In this document: positions 38,645-51,588 of the stretch, in pieces
How positions within the stretch are numbered: position 1 is the stretch's first letter
How the letters are laid out: each line of letters starts with the position of its first letter
Translations under genes and position numbers: made by a program
From: Azolla caroliniana
Lineage: Eukaryota; Plantae; Polypodiophyta
Direction of reading: 5' to 3'
Length of the DNA stretch: 64,000 bases
Assembly: GCA_043228905.1 (NCBI GenBank)
Contig: JBHGNT010000001.1
Span: 21,824,001-21,888,000 of the forward strand
Notes under the pieces: model-generated
Databases searched by the model: none
Told to the model about the DNA's origin: nothing
The model's input: the letters and a program-made list of their open reading frames with translations, nothing else

Positions 38645-41600
38645 TGTGAATGTTAATGTGCGGAAGCGTCAGACAGAACCGGCTCAGCCGGATAGCAACA
38701 GAAAATGAGATGAAGGTTTAATGGAAAAGCTTAAAACACAGAGGAGACAGAGAGAGCAGAACAAAAAACTATATTCAGAAATTAACTCTAAAACTCTGTA
38801 CATACAACGTGCTAAACAACACTATTTATACAAGTCCATAAAGGAATGAAAGGCACTTCAATGCTCACACGTGCGATTGACACTAACTACGAGACAATTG
38901 TTGAGAGACAAGCTCAACATCGGCCGGATCGGCTGAAGAAGCCGAGGACCGGATCAGTTGGGACCGATCGGTCAGGCCGAGTGCATAAACCGGGAGGCCA
39001 TTAGGAAAGATATTCCGTGAGGAATATATTTGGGAGTTAGTGTAGGAGCTCTTAAAGAGCATTGAAGTACGGTCAGTACTTTGGTCAGTCCTTCGAGGAC
39101 TTGTATAAAAGTGTTCATGAAACACACATATGTATAGAGTAGTGAATCGAGATTTTTCGTTGAATATAGTTCTTGTGTTTTCTCTCTCTCACTCTCTCTG
39201 TCTCTCCCGCGTATACTGCGTAAGCTCAAGCTCTCCATTAAACCTGAGTTTCCTTCCTTCTGTTCGGTCTTCATACTTGTGTCCGCATGTTCCTTTTAAC
39301 AACAATGATTACCTAGTAGTCTAGGCTACTACTAGGCTTCCGGTTCCCGCTTGAATCTGGCTCTCCGATCCGACTGGTTGTTTTCGGATACCGATCTGAC
39401 GCAGGCTTCTTCAGCCAATCCATCCGGTTGAGCTTGCTCGCTCAACACTCCCCCTCAAGCTCAACTTGAGGTCAAATCATGGTGTTAGTGTCCGCGGCAG
39501 CCGATTCTTCTACCTGGCTCCTTCTAGCGTTGCTCCGCTTCGCTCGCGTTCCTCGTCCGGTCCAGTCTTGTTTGCCGCAACCCTTCTGGTTCTGTGCACC
39601 TCGACCTCCTCGGTCGGCTTGACTGCTCAACAGGCCCATTTCAGCTCCCTCGCTACTACGACTCCGGCGCTTGTCAACCCGTCGGTTCCTTTGTGTTGGC
39701 TTCAACTTCCGCTGCGTCTGTGTTCGCTTGGCCTTTAGTTGATCCAGTTTCACCGAATCTTGAATCGAATCGGTTTCCTTCGGTTCGTTCTAGCTCTTGT
39801 CTGAGTCGGTGTTCTCCAACTCATCTTCCGGTTTTAGGCCCTTCACCACACCGGGCCACGTCCGGGTCTTGGCCGTTTTCTTCCGGTCGGCTTTGTCCTT
39901 CTTGACTCTGCCGCCGTTGCCGCTTGTTTCGACCTTTTCGGATGTGCCGACTCCTTTGGTTGGCTCGACTTCCTTTTTCCTCTTGTCTCCCCCTTTGTTG
40001 GTTCTTTCTTCCTCTCCGGCTCCTTGTCCGGTGACATCCGTTCCCTTTCCTTTTCTCCCCCTCAAGTGTGGCACGTCAAGATGCTGAACACCAAGCATTT
40101 CGGTGAAGTGTTGCAACTTGTCCGATCCGAGCGGTTTGGTGAAGATGTCCGCAATTTGCCGATCCGTCTGAACATACCGAAGTTCTATTTCACAGCTCAA
40201 AACCCGCTCACGCACAAAGTGATAATGGACTTCTATGTGCTTCGTTTGAACATGGAACACGGGGTTCTTGGCAAGCTGAATGCTAGTCATGTTGTCACAA
40301 TAGATCAGGATCGGGGTCAGGACCTCAATCTGCAGGTCTTGCAGCAGTTGCCGAAGCCAGATGGCTTCATAGGTGGCATTGGTAGCGCCCCGATATTTAG
40401 CCTCAGTGCTCGATAGAGCCACTGTTGGCTGCTTTTTGGTGCTCCACGCAACAATCGCGCTACCCAGAGAAAACATGTAACCGGAGGTGGATCGGCGATC
40501 CGATGCATTATCAGCCCAGTCGGCATCAGTATATCCGACTAGCTTCCCAGCTATACCGTGTCGGTAAAACAATACCCGGTCCTTCATGCCGCTCACATAC
40601 TGGAGTATCCGGTGTGCGCACTGAAGGTGCTCAACGGTCAGCTTCTGCATGAACTGGCTGATCACTCCGACTGGGTAACTGAGGTCGGGTCAAGTGATTG
40701 TCAAGTATATCAGGCTTCTGACGATTTGTTGGAACTGTTTCTCATCGCAGGCCGGTCCGGAGTTGGGACAAAGCTTCTGGTTACGGTCTAGGGGTGTGGA
40801 GACAGGTCGGCATTCCGGCATACCGAACTTGTACAACATATTCAACACATAGTGTTGTTGTGAGAGCAATATGTCGTCGGGGGTTCGGATCACCTCGATC
40901 CCAAGAAAATAAAGAAGGTCCCCCAAGTCCTTCATTTCAAATGCGTTCGATAGTTGGGACTTTACTCGACCGATTTCATTGAGTCCGGGTTTGGTGATGA
41001 CTAAATCATCAACATAAAGTGGGATGTAAACCGAACCATCTGGATCTTGCCGGATGAACAACGACGAGTCGGATTTAGAGGTGACAAACCCCATCTTACG
41101 CAACCAATGCGTGATCTTTGCATTCCAAGCTTGGGGGGCTTGTTTCAGACCGTGAAGCGACTTCTTGAGTCGGCACACCGCCGACTTGTTCATCTCCGGC
41201 TGAAAACCAGGAGGTTGGATCATATAGACCCGTTCTTCAAGGTCACCTTGAAGAAACACATTCTTCACGTCCATCTGGTGAAGATGCCACCCCCTTGCCG
41301 CAACAACCACCACTACCACACGAATCGTTGTCATCTTCGCTACTGGGGCGAAGGTCTCGTCGTAATCGATTCCCTGGGTCTGTGCGTATCCCTTTGCCAC
41401 TAACCGGGCCTTGTACCGGTTAACCGAACCGTCGCCATTGTATTTTACCTTGTACACCCATTTGCAACCGATCGGTTTACTGTGTCGGGGAGGGTCAACG
41501 AGGTTCCATGTGTCGTTGGCATCTAGTGCCCGCATTTCTTCCTCCATAGTGGCATGCCAATTTGTGTCCTTTGCCACTTCTGCGTAGCTCTCCGGCTCAC

Positions 41601-44600
41601 GCACTTCCTCCACCTTAGTCATGAACGCATAATGATGCACCATGTACTCATTGGACCCATACCGCGTAACGGGGTTCTTCAGGTGGGAAGACCGACGTAA
41701 CTTGGTATTACCTAGTTTGGGGCCCTTCTTGGCTAGGTCGGACTTCGTTCTCGAAGATCCGCCTTCATCCTTTCTGTAGTCGGATTCGCTCCGATCCGAC
41801 TCAACGTTGCCGGTTTCATATTCCAACATCTTCTTCTTCCCCTTCTCTTTGCGTGTGAACCGTCTCCTCGGTTCCTTGCGCGGGGAGAGCATGACAGAGT
41901 CTCCATTACTCGCCGGTTCCTCATCCGATTGGTCATCCCGACTCAGTCGCTCATTCGGTCCTCTTAGCCGGAATGAGATCGGACTCTCTTCTAGAGTGCC
42001 AAAGTCTTCATCTTCTACCTAGATCTCCTCGGGCTCACTAGCCTCATCTTCCGGAATCGGGTCTTCTTCGGGAGTTGGAGTTGGTAAGGAGTACCATGAT
42101 GCCGTCTCATCAAACTCGACATCTCGGCTTACTCGGACATGCTTAGTTCAGGGGTTATAACACTTATACCCCTTTTACTCATGCGAGTAACCGACTAAAA
42201 TGCAGTTCTCCGACTTCGGATCCAGCTTCCTCCACTTCTCATCCGGTACATGCACATATGGTATGCTACCGAATATCCGAAGGTGTCTCAAATTCGGCTT
42301 TCACCCGAAATACAGCTCATGTGCTGACACCTTGTCACCAATACGGTTTTGGATGTAGACGGTCATTCGGACCGCCTCAGCCCAATAGAAATGGGGCATG
42401 CTCTTCTCCTCCAGCATTGCCCTTGCCGTGTCGACAATTGACCGGTTCTTCCTTTCGGCCACACCATTTTGCTCCGGTGTGTACTTGCACCTGAATTCTC
42501 ACCGAATTCCGTTTTATGGTAGATAACTGTTGAATTGGCCGAAAAAGTATTCTTTCCCACCATCCGACTGCAGGCACTTGATCTTCCTCTCCGTTTCCTG
42601 TTCAACCAAGCTTTGAAGGTTCCGGAAACACTCGAAGACTTCACTCTTCCTCTCGATGAGGTAGATCCACGTGTGCCGGCTGTAGTCGTCAATGAAGGAG
42701 ATGAAATACCGACTCCCGCCAAGACTAACGTTTTGTGCTGGTCCCCATACATCCGAATGGATTAAGTCGAGCTTGTTATGGCTCCGGTTTCGATCGGTGG
42801 GGAATGGAAGCTAGTGTTGCTTCCCGAGTTGGCAGGCTTCACAAATTTCGGCCTTCCGACCGCTAAATTTCGGCAAACCGAAAACGACTTGTTTCGATTG
42901 CAGGTCTTGAAGCCTCCGATAATTAACGTGGCCGATCCGCTTGTGCCACAGGTCGCTGTCCGATTCGATCTTCTACCCTTTCGCAAACATAGCGGTGCCG
43001 ACATCATTAGTGTTGAGGATGAACATCCTCCCGTCTTTGTGCCCTTGTGCAATTATCCGGCCTTCTTCCTCAATGAAGCACCCTAGGTGCGTAAACCGCA
43101 CCTGCATCCCCTGGTCGACGATTTGTCCAACTGACACCAGGTTCTTTGTGATAGTCGGAACGTGTAGTATGTTCATAAGCTTCCCCTTTTGTCCGACATG
43201 GCTTAAAGGGACTTCTCCGACATGCATAATCGGGTGAGGGGTGTCGTCTCCGGTTTTGACAATTCCCGGTTGTTCCGGTTTCTCCAAAAAAGAGAACCAC
43301 TCTTCATGGTTCGTCATGTGGTTGGACGCTCCAGAATCAACGTACAATACTTCCTCCGATCCAGAAGTAGTCTTCTTCATCGAGTTAGCCTTGTGTTTCA
43401 TCACGAAGGCTGGCCCTTTATCGGTTTTCTCGGTTCCGGATCCTTCCGATCCTTTCGCGTAGTGCGAGATTTGCCGGTTCTCCCGGCCGGTTTTGCCGAA
43501 TCCAGATCTGTCCGAATTGGCACGCTTCTTCCAGCACTCTCTTTCCATGTGGCCCTTTTTGCCACAATACTAGCATTCCCTGTCGGCCTTTCCTTGCCGG
43601 TTCTCGGCGCCGCTTTGAATCCCCCTGCTTGTGGAGGGTCCGGAACTGCTATCGGCACACCCTTTGTGCCTCCGGTCCTGCTCTTGTCGGCCGCCTCCAT
43701 TGCATGTCGACCCTCCTCGTCCACCACGTCCATGGGGCCGATCTGTCTCCGTGTACAACATCCGGCCGTCCGATTGAGTGGTCCTTGACCCACTCGTGTG
43801 GTTTTCTTCGACCATCAGTATCGATTGCAAGTCGAAGAAAGACGATGGTTTCTCTCGGGTGCAGATTGCTGTCTGGATTGGCCCGTACCTTTGCGCTAGA
43901 CCACTGAGGAAGATTTGTACCATCTTGTCTTCGTCCACCGTCACATTGATGGACCCGAGTGTGTCGCAAATCTCCTTTATCTTGGTGGTGTAGTTCATAA
44001 CCGATATCTCTCTTTGCCGGATGTTGTTCAACTCTTGCCGGAGCTGCAACTTATGAGCTATGGTACTTGCGGCGAAAATCTTCCGTAGATTTTCCCAGGC
44101 CTCCTTCGGCATCTTTGCGTCCTTGATGTAGCTGAGCATTTGATCATGCACACCGGACGCGAGACAATACAGTACCCGACTCACTCCTTGCTCCCATACG
44201 GGGAAGTCTTTGTGTGACGGCTCCAGTGCTACTTCATTTGTTCCTTCCACGAAGCTCCAATATCCATGCCCCAACAGGTACTTGTGCATTTTATATGACC
44301 AGGACGCATAGTTGCTCTGGTCGAGCTTCTCTGTTGGAAGTGAACTCGGCATTCCTCTGTCCATATCTTCTCTCTATTTGTTGTTACCGGGTTCTAGGGT
44401 TCGTCTACGGAAGCAAATGTCGGATGTAGAGTTTCTCAACCCTCACGCTCTGATACCATGTGAATGTTAATGTGCGGAAGCGTCAGACAGAACCGGCTCA
44501 GCCGGATAGCAACAGAAAATGAGATGAAGGTTTAATGGAAAAGCTTAAAACACAGAGGAGACAGAGAGAGCAGAACATAAAACTATATTCAGAAATTAAC

Positions 44601-44892
44601 TCTAAAACTCTGTACATACAACGTGCTAAACAACACTATTTATACAAGTCCATAAAGGAATGACAGAAGTATCGACAGGTACTTCAATGCTCACACGTGC
44701 GACTGTCACTAACTACGAGACAATGATTACCTAGTAGTCTAGGCTACTACTAGGCTTCCGGTTCCCGCTCGAATCTGGCTCTCCGATCCGGCTCCCCGAT
44801 CTGGCCGGTTGTTTCCGGATACCATCCGGATACCGATCCGGCTCATCCTTTCGGATGCTGATCCGGATCCGGTTGAGCTTGCTCACTCAATA
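38645..44892 (-). mobile_element. Ty1/copia 'E' (same subfamily as A), full length; TSD GTTGG
   Basis: GTTGG at 38640-38644 and 44893-44897. 5' LTR 44459-44892; perfect PBS TGGTATCAGAGC at 44447-44458; gag from 44364; PPT 39448-39459; 3' LTR 38645-39447, containing a solo LTR. Confidence 0.95.
38899..39301 (+). mobile_element. Solo LTR of the copia F subfamily; TSD ACAAT
   Basis: ACAAT at 38894-38898 and 39302-39306; closely similar to 51589-51971. The empty site is seen in E's other LTR (~44720). Confidence 0.95.
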
Positions 44893-47124
44893 GTTGGGGT
44901 ACGAAGCCCTACCAATCACTAAAACTTGGAGGGTAGGACGTGATACCACTAGGAAAAGAGCTTTGGTCCTTCAATTTAAGGACTCAGAATCTAGAATCAC
45001 ATTTTTTAAAAAGAGACCAATTCTTCGAGGATTGGACGGGGACCCTATCTACCTCAATGAAGACCCGACCAAGATGCAAATTGAGCATCGTAAAACTTGT
45101 ATCCTGCGGGTCATACAAGCTTGTAAAGACGGGCATTGTGCTTTTTACTGAGACTGACATGTGATAATAAATGATCGCGCCACCAATTGATGGCGTGTGG
45201 CCCATGTGACAGACAATAAACTTAGGATGACTTTATGGAACTGTAATGGTGCACTTTGGACACACCCTGGCCGGGCCCTGACCGTCTAGAGGAGATTTTG
45301 AAGGTATCTGACATACTTTTTTTAGTAGAAACACATCAGAGCCCAAATCGAGGACTGCCACAAGTTGATGGTTTTCGTTTGGAATCTGTCTTTAGACAAA
45401 CCTCACGTCGACATACTACTAGAGGGTATGGAGGGGTTGCGATACTATTTCGGAGAGAGATACATAATAGGATAGAAATACTAAAGAAAGACCCATAAGC
45501 CCATTTTATGTGGATGAAAGTCCTCACTAGCAAGGATTGGGCAATATTTATCGCCGTGTGTTACTTCCCCCCAAAAGGATCCCGGTATAATATGGCTGGA
45601 GAGGCGAGTGTAGTTGATGAAGGAACGCCGCATGGACCTTCTCCATATGAACCTTTATCGGATGACATAATCCGATATTCTTCTCAAGGGGAAGTCTTCC
45701 TTGTAGGAGATTTCAATGCAAGAACCTAATCCCGACAATGCACAATATTTCAGATGGATAGAAACCTCGAAATGGTGAATGTCGACCCTTTAGACTTAGA
45801 CATAATGCGTACATCAAAGGATCAAGGTGCGGACGCCACAAGCTTTGGCCATCATCTGCTTGAACTTGGAAGCTGACACCAGATGATCATATATAATGGC
45901 TTAGCCAAGTGGCCGAGCTTGGAAGCGCTCACATGTTTCCCACATGGAGGAGGGGAAAGCATAATTGATTACCTAATAGGACGCCCTGAAGCTACCCACA
46001 TGGTCAACTCCTTTCGGGTGGCCCCATGCCCCATTGGTGCAGACCATAGCTTCCTATACTTTGAGCTAAAATGTGACACCTCCCACGCCACCAACTCTAG
46101 TCAACCAAACCATCACACCATAATACATTTCACGCATGAGCTCGTTGACATCTACTCTCGACATGTTCAAGCCCATCTCTCCTCTTTTGATTCTTCCTTG
46201 CCTTTAGAGAACCTCACTACAGAACTCGCACACACCCTTCACTCACCAGCAATTAGTAGCTTCCCATACACGAAACACTCCAATCATAGTAGAATAGGGT
46301 CTATGCCACAAAACAAGTGGTATGACGGGGATTGTAGAGAGTTGTACAGACAACTTAAAGTGTCGTGACTTAGTGGTGCTATTTCCTCAGTACAAGCTCG
46401 AAAAGAGATGCGCAAGATGACACGTCGTAAAAGACAAGCTTGGGAAGCATCTCAATATTGGGAACTCTACCATATGCTCATGAGTAGGGATTGCGCCCTT
46501 GCATGGAAAAGACTACGGGAACCGCGACCACAAACACCCATGGAGGATTCCAATATTTGGCACATATATATCGAGAGACTCTACCATGTCCCGAACCAAC
46601 CACCTATCCCAATGCCTTCCACACCCCGACCTAACATGGGGACACTTTTCACGACCTCTAGGGTCATGAAGGTCATAAAAAAATTACAACATAGGAAATC
46701 CATGGACCACATAGGATTGCGAGCCGAGCACATCATATATGCTCGAGTGTGCCTAGCCCCCTTTCTCACTCTAATATTCAACCGCGCCCTCAACAAGGGT
46801 TTTCCACCACAATGGACCATGAACACAATGGCCCCTATACATAAAGGAGGGGACCCAATGGATCCAAATACATATAGGACCATTATGATAGGCCATACAC
46901 TCGCTAAACTATATGGTGCAGTAATGGAATCAGAGTTTAGTGATTATATGGAAACATTAAGTCTTCGAGCACTTGAGCAGGCTGGCTTTAGACGAGCCTT
47001 CTCCACTATTGACCATATCTTCACACTTAGGTGCTTAATTGACCAGACGAAGGCTCATAAGAAGAAACTATATTGTTGCTTTGTGGACTTCCGCAAAGCC
47101 TTTGACACAGTTCCTGGGGAGTAG

Positions 47125-47652
47125 TTGTTTCTACTCCATAATGCAAAACTTGTGTTGCCATCATGTTAAATAACATTAGTTTGACTTTCCATCCATGAGT
47201 ATCGCTCAGGTTACATTGATTTTCCAGCATATAATATCTTTTTCCAACTAGTTTGAAGTCTAAACTCAAAGCATACACTCCATTTATTTGTGGTTGGTAT
47301 ATCGATACTTAAAGCTTTGCACAAATTGTACATGTTCTCCCTTATATTTAAGCATAGGGTATCATTGAGGTTGGATGGTTTGCATTACCATAATTATTGT
47401 TTTATCCACAATTATAGTTAGTCCACTACTTTGCAAAAATGCTTCTAATGCTCCACGTAAATGTTGCATACCTTCAACAATATATGAAAAGATATCCACA
47501 TCATCCACATATAAATTCAATATGATAACTTGTTGCATAAGTTTTGAAGAATCTAATCCTTCTCCTCTTACAATCTTATTCACCACTTGTTCCAATTGAT
47601 CAATGTCTAAACCAAAGAGTGTAGGTGATAATGAACATCTTGCTTAAGCCCC
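47125..47652 (-). pseudogene. Inverted, AT-rich LINE RT fragment from a different, older copy
   Basis: LSPTLFGLDIDQLEQ...LYVDD...GLTIIVDKT on the minus strand. Confidence 0.75.
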
Positions 47653-47953
47653 TGTCATGATATGGCACCAAAACGAATTTAACCCGTAACCTTATGTTAT
47701 GCAGGTTGAGGTCATACCACTAGGATAACAATTGTAATACTAAAAATATTATTTTCATTTGTTATTTCATTACAAAAAAGTATGCATATTCTAGATTACT
47801 CTAGAAACTTCTAGAAACTTTAGGAATACTCCTAATCATACTATAAATAGAGGCATATGGCACTATTTAGAACCAATTCAGCTCAACGCCAGTCTTAAGT
47901 CTCGTAGCCATCCTTGTACTCTTCTTCATATAATATACTTCCTTTTATCATAC

Positions 47954-47990
<37 letters not shown>

Positions 47991-47994
<4 letters not shown>

Positions 47995-48445
47995 TGGAAC
48001 GGGCAAACCGTACACATCGATACATGTTAGAGCCCATCCCGTTATCTGCCATTGGAACCATTGCTTCCATGCGACTTAACTTACATGCATTGTGATGTGA
48101 GACAGGGCATTGGGGCACAAGTGATGAGAAAGGTCGGCTATGCACACTTTGCCCTAAACAAGTTTGCGAGTCTAAGTATCACACTTTGATACAATGCTCT
48201 GCCTTTGATCATATTCGACCATGCTTTCCACATCTCTTCAGTCAGGCCCGATCCTTGCACGATTTCTCTCACAACCACAACGTGCACTCTCGATTGCAAC
48301 ATTCATTGGTAAAGTTCTTGAACATCGAGAGTCACTACTCACTTTCACACGTATCACGTGAAATGTAATATGTTTGGTCCCATAGGTCATATTTGACCTC
48401 TGAAAACGATAATATAATCTATCTATCAATCAATCAATCAATCTA
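47991..48445 (+). mobile_element. 5'-truncated LINE (ORF2 C-terminal zinc knuckle + (TCTA/TCAA)n tail) inserted in the (TC)n tract of the G5 5' LTR
   Basis: CETGHWG...RLCTLCPKQVCESKYHTLIQC; absent from the G5 3' LTR (63400-63425). Confidence 0.8.
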
Positions 48446-48814
48446 TCTCTCGTGATCCTTACACAGTCTTTTTTGTCTTTTCTACATCTCTAGTACTAAT
48501 TCTCTCTGCCTCTAGTACTATTCCTGATAGTTTGAACCGAATTTCCCATCTTCTTATCTTCCCTTCCTCTTATATTAATCTTCTTATCCTTCCCTCCTCT
48601 AATACTAAATGGCAACTGTTAGCGCACAAGAATATCAATCCATTTTCTCAGAGCTTCAGTGCTTGAAAGAAAAATTTGTAGCACTAGAACAAGAAAATCA
48701 ACGTTTGTTAGGGGGATCTTTACCAAATCATTGTAGAAAAGCACCAAACACAACAACATGGAGAGTTGACATTATGCGCGCAACAACTGGAAGCAACTAT
48801 TGTGCCGTTGCGAC

Positions 48815-49136
48815 AAGGACTGAGTACTCAAGAGATCCCTAAAGAACCCAAGATTGGGCTTCCCATGAAATTTGATGGAACACAATCATAGTTCAGAGGG
48901 TTCCTTAATCAGGTGCGCCTAGTGATTCAAATGCATCCTTCTCGATATCCCACCGATGCATCACGAGTGGGACTAAAGGACTGAGTACTCAAGGGATCCC
49001 TAAAGAACCCAAGATTGGGCTTCTCATGAAATTTGATGGAACACAATCATAGTTCAGAGGGTTCCTTAATCAGGTGCGCCTAGTGATTCAAATGCATCCT
49101 TCTCGATATCCCACCGATGCATCACGAGTGGGACTA
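48815..49136 (+). repeat. 161-bp tandem duplication in G5 gag
   Basis: Units begin AAGGACTGAGTACTCAAG at 48815 and 48976; near-identical. Confidence 0.93.
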
Positions 49137-51588
49137 GTAGGCACCTTACTTAGTGGCACAACATTAAAGGATCTCCTTTGTTAAATAATTTCGAGTTTAT
49201 TAGCGAGTTTAAATCATGTTTTGGAGATACCGAAAGCATTAGGACGACAATCAAAAAAATCTGAAGACTACGTTAAGGAGATCGTCCAACCTCAGCTTAT
49301 GCTTCGGATTCCCGTCTACTCGCCACTGATATCCCATAGGATGACCAAGCATTGATGGAGCAGTTTCAGGATGGCCTACACAATGATGTCAAAGATTTAC
49401 TCTTGACGTTTCCTGAAGAGCTGAAGTCGCTCATGGAGGTAATTAGTCGAGCAGTGCAATGCGATAATCAACATTTCGAACGACATTCAGAATGACACAA
49501 TCGGAGACCACATACGCATCAGTGTTAGCAAAACCTTTTCCAAAGGATTCATATAATGTGTCCCCGGTACCAACACCAAAGGAAATCGACACAACACATC
49601 ATCGTTGACCATTGTCGGAAGAGGAAAAACGATGACGTCGAGCAAATCACATATGTCTATATTGTGGTGCTTCAAGGCATATTGTAGTAAATTTTCCCCA
49701 TAGGCCAAGAAGATAGGTAAATCAAGTAGTTTCTAGTACTAAACCTGAGTCTATTTCATTAGGAGTGTCTAATAATCCTAGTAGCCCAAGTTTATCAAAC
49801 AAATTTGAAGTTCTCGGTCACTTAGAAGAAGAGTTAAACGATTAAGTCCAACCAAAATAGGAGTCGTTAGGTTGGACAACCCTAGATCTATGTAGCCTAT
49901 TAGTGGTTCCATTCCTTCTAAGAAAATTAGCTAGGTTTTCTTAGCTCAAGTAGAAGTTAGTGCTACAAGCAACCCTCCAGTACATGTCCTAGCACTCTTA
50001 GATACTGGAGCTAATTCTCACTTATTTGATAGGAATTTTGCTCAAGCTCATCAGATTTCCCTAAGAAAGCTTCATTCCCCAGCTTCCGTAGAAATCATTG
50101 ATGGTTGACCCATTGCTTTTGGAAATATCGTAGAAGAGTCAAAGCCGGTTCGTGTTATCCTAGATAATTTGGCATGTGCGATATCATTTAATATAATTAG
50201 TAGACTGGACCATCCAATTGTCTTGGGGTTACCATGGTTCGAATTACACAACCTCGAAATCAATTGGAGAACAAGATAAATTAGGTATCGCCAATCTCAA
50301 GCATCCACTCATAAAATTTCAACCATTTCACTACAATTGCGTGAGGAAGGACGAAAGGAACCAATGTTTTTATTCATAGTATTAGTGAAACCTTCTAGTA
50401 TCATTAAGGAGGATTCAACACTTCAACTTGCAAAGAAGTATCACCATTATGCCAATGTTTTTGATAAGGTAAAAGCTAATACTCTTCCTCAACATTGACC
50501 CTATGATTGCCCCATTGATTTACAACCAAGAAAAGAGCCACCATGGGGACCGACCTACAACTTGTCACCCTCCGAGCTTGAGGTTCTTCAAGCCTACATA
50601 GAGGAAAACTTGTCGAATGGGTTCATTCGACATTCAAAATCTCTAATCAGCGCACCTATTTTCTTTGTAAAGAAAAAAGATGGATCACTTGCTCATAGTC
50701 ATGGATTACCGTGGCTTGAATAAGGTCACCATCAGAAATAGGTATGCACTTCCCTTGATCTTGAGTCTTTTAGAAAGGATTAATGGTGCAAGGTTTTTCA
50801 CAAAGATCTACTTACAAGGATCATATAACCTCATACGGATCCGACTGGGAGACGAGTGGAAGACAACTTTCCACAATCGATATGGGCATTTTGAGTATAC
50901 GGTTATGCCATTCGGGCTCACCAATGCACCAACAGTTTTCCAACACATGGCAAATAATATTTTTCGAGATCTTTTGAACACCTATCTTATCATCTACCTG
51001 GAGATCTATTAATTATTCAAAAACACAAGAAGAGCATGATTCTCATATATGATTAGTACTAAAATGACTACGAGAACATGGTCTTTATGCAAAAGTCAAA
51101 AAGTGTGGTTTTGATTGTAAACAGGTGGAATTTCTAAGCAATGTCATCTCCTCTGAAGGAATCTCTATGGATCCTGCTAAGGTCAAAACAGTGTTAGAGT
51201 GGCAGACTCCACGATCGGTGCGAGACGTGCAAGGTTTTCTAGGATTAGCAAATTTCTATTGCAAGTTTATCCAAGACTACTCAAAACTTATTTTGCCTCT
51301 CACACAACTCACAAAGAAGGGGAAATAATTTGTTTGGACTAATGAAGTGATACTGCTTTTGTGGATCTCAAGGAAGACTTTAGATCGGCTCCTATTCTAG
51401 CTCATGTTGATCCACAAAAACCATTTATTATGGAAGCAGACACATCAGATTTTGCGCTTGGTAGTATTTTGTCACAACAAGGCGGCGATGAGAAGCTACA
51501 TCCCGTGGCTTTCCACTCACGCAAGTTTGACACTGCCTAAATCAACTATGAAGTACATGACAAGGAATTATTAGCGCTAATGGATTCC

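Larger units (their letters stand above)
38243..47120 (+). mobile_element. Non-LTR retrotransposon (APE-RT LINE, RTEX/CR1-group-like), ORF1 split by copia E, ORF2 truncated within RT
   Basis: Coiled-coil ORF1 ...QTLGKML|GYEALP...PIYLNEDPT is continuous across the insertion. ORF2 from ~45227: LWNCNG, FLVETH, GYGGVA, VGDFNART, IDY, ADH; RT QAGFRR..CFVDFRKAFDTVP. Confidence 0.88.

Noticed and set aside
47100-47652. Twin-priming inversion of the LINE
   Set aside because: The two RT pieces converge 3'-to-3' and differ in composition, which does not fit twin priming. More likely two copies joined by deletion.
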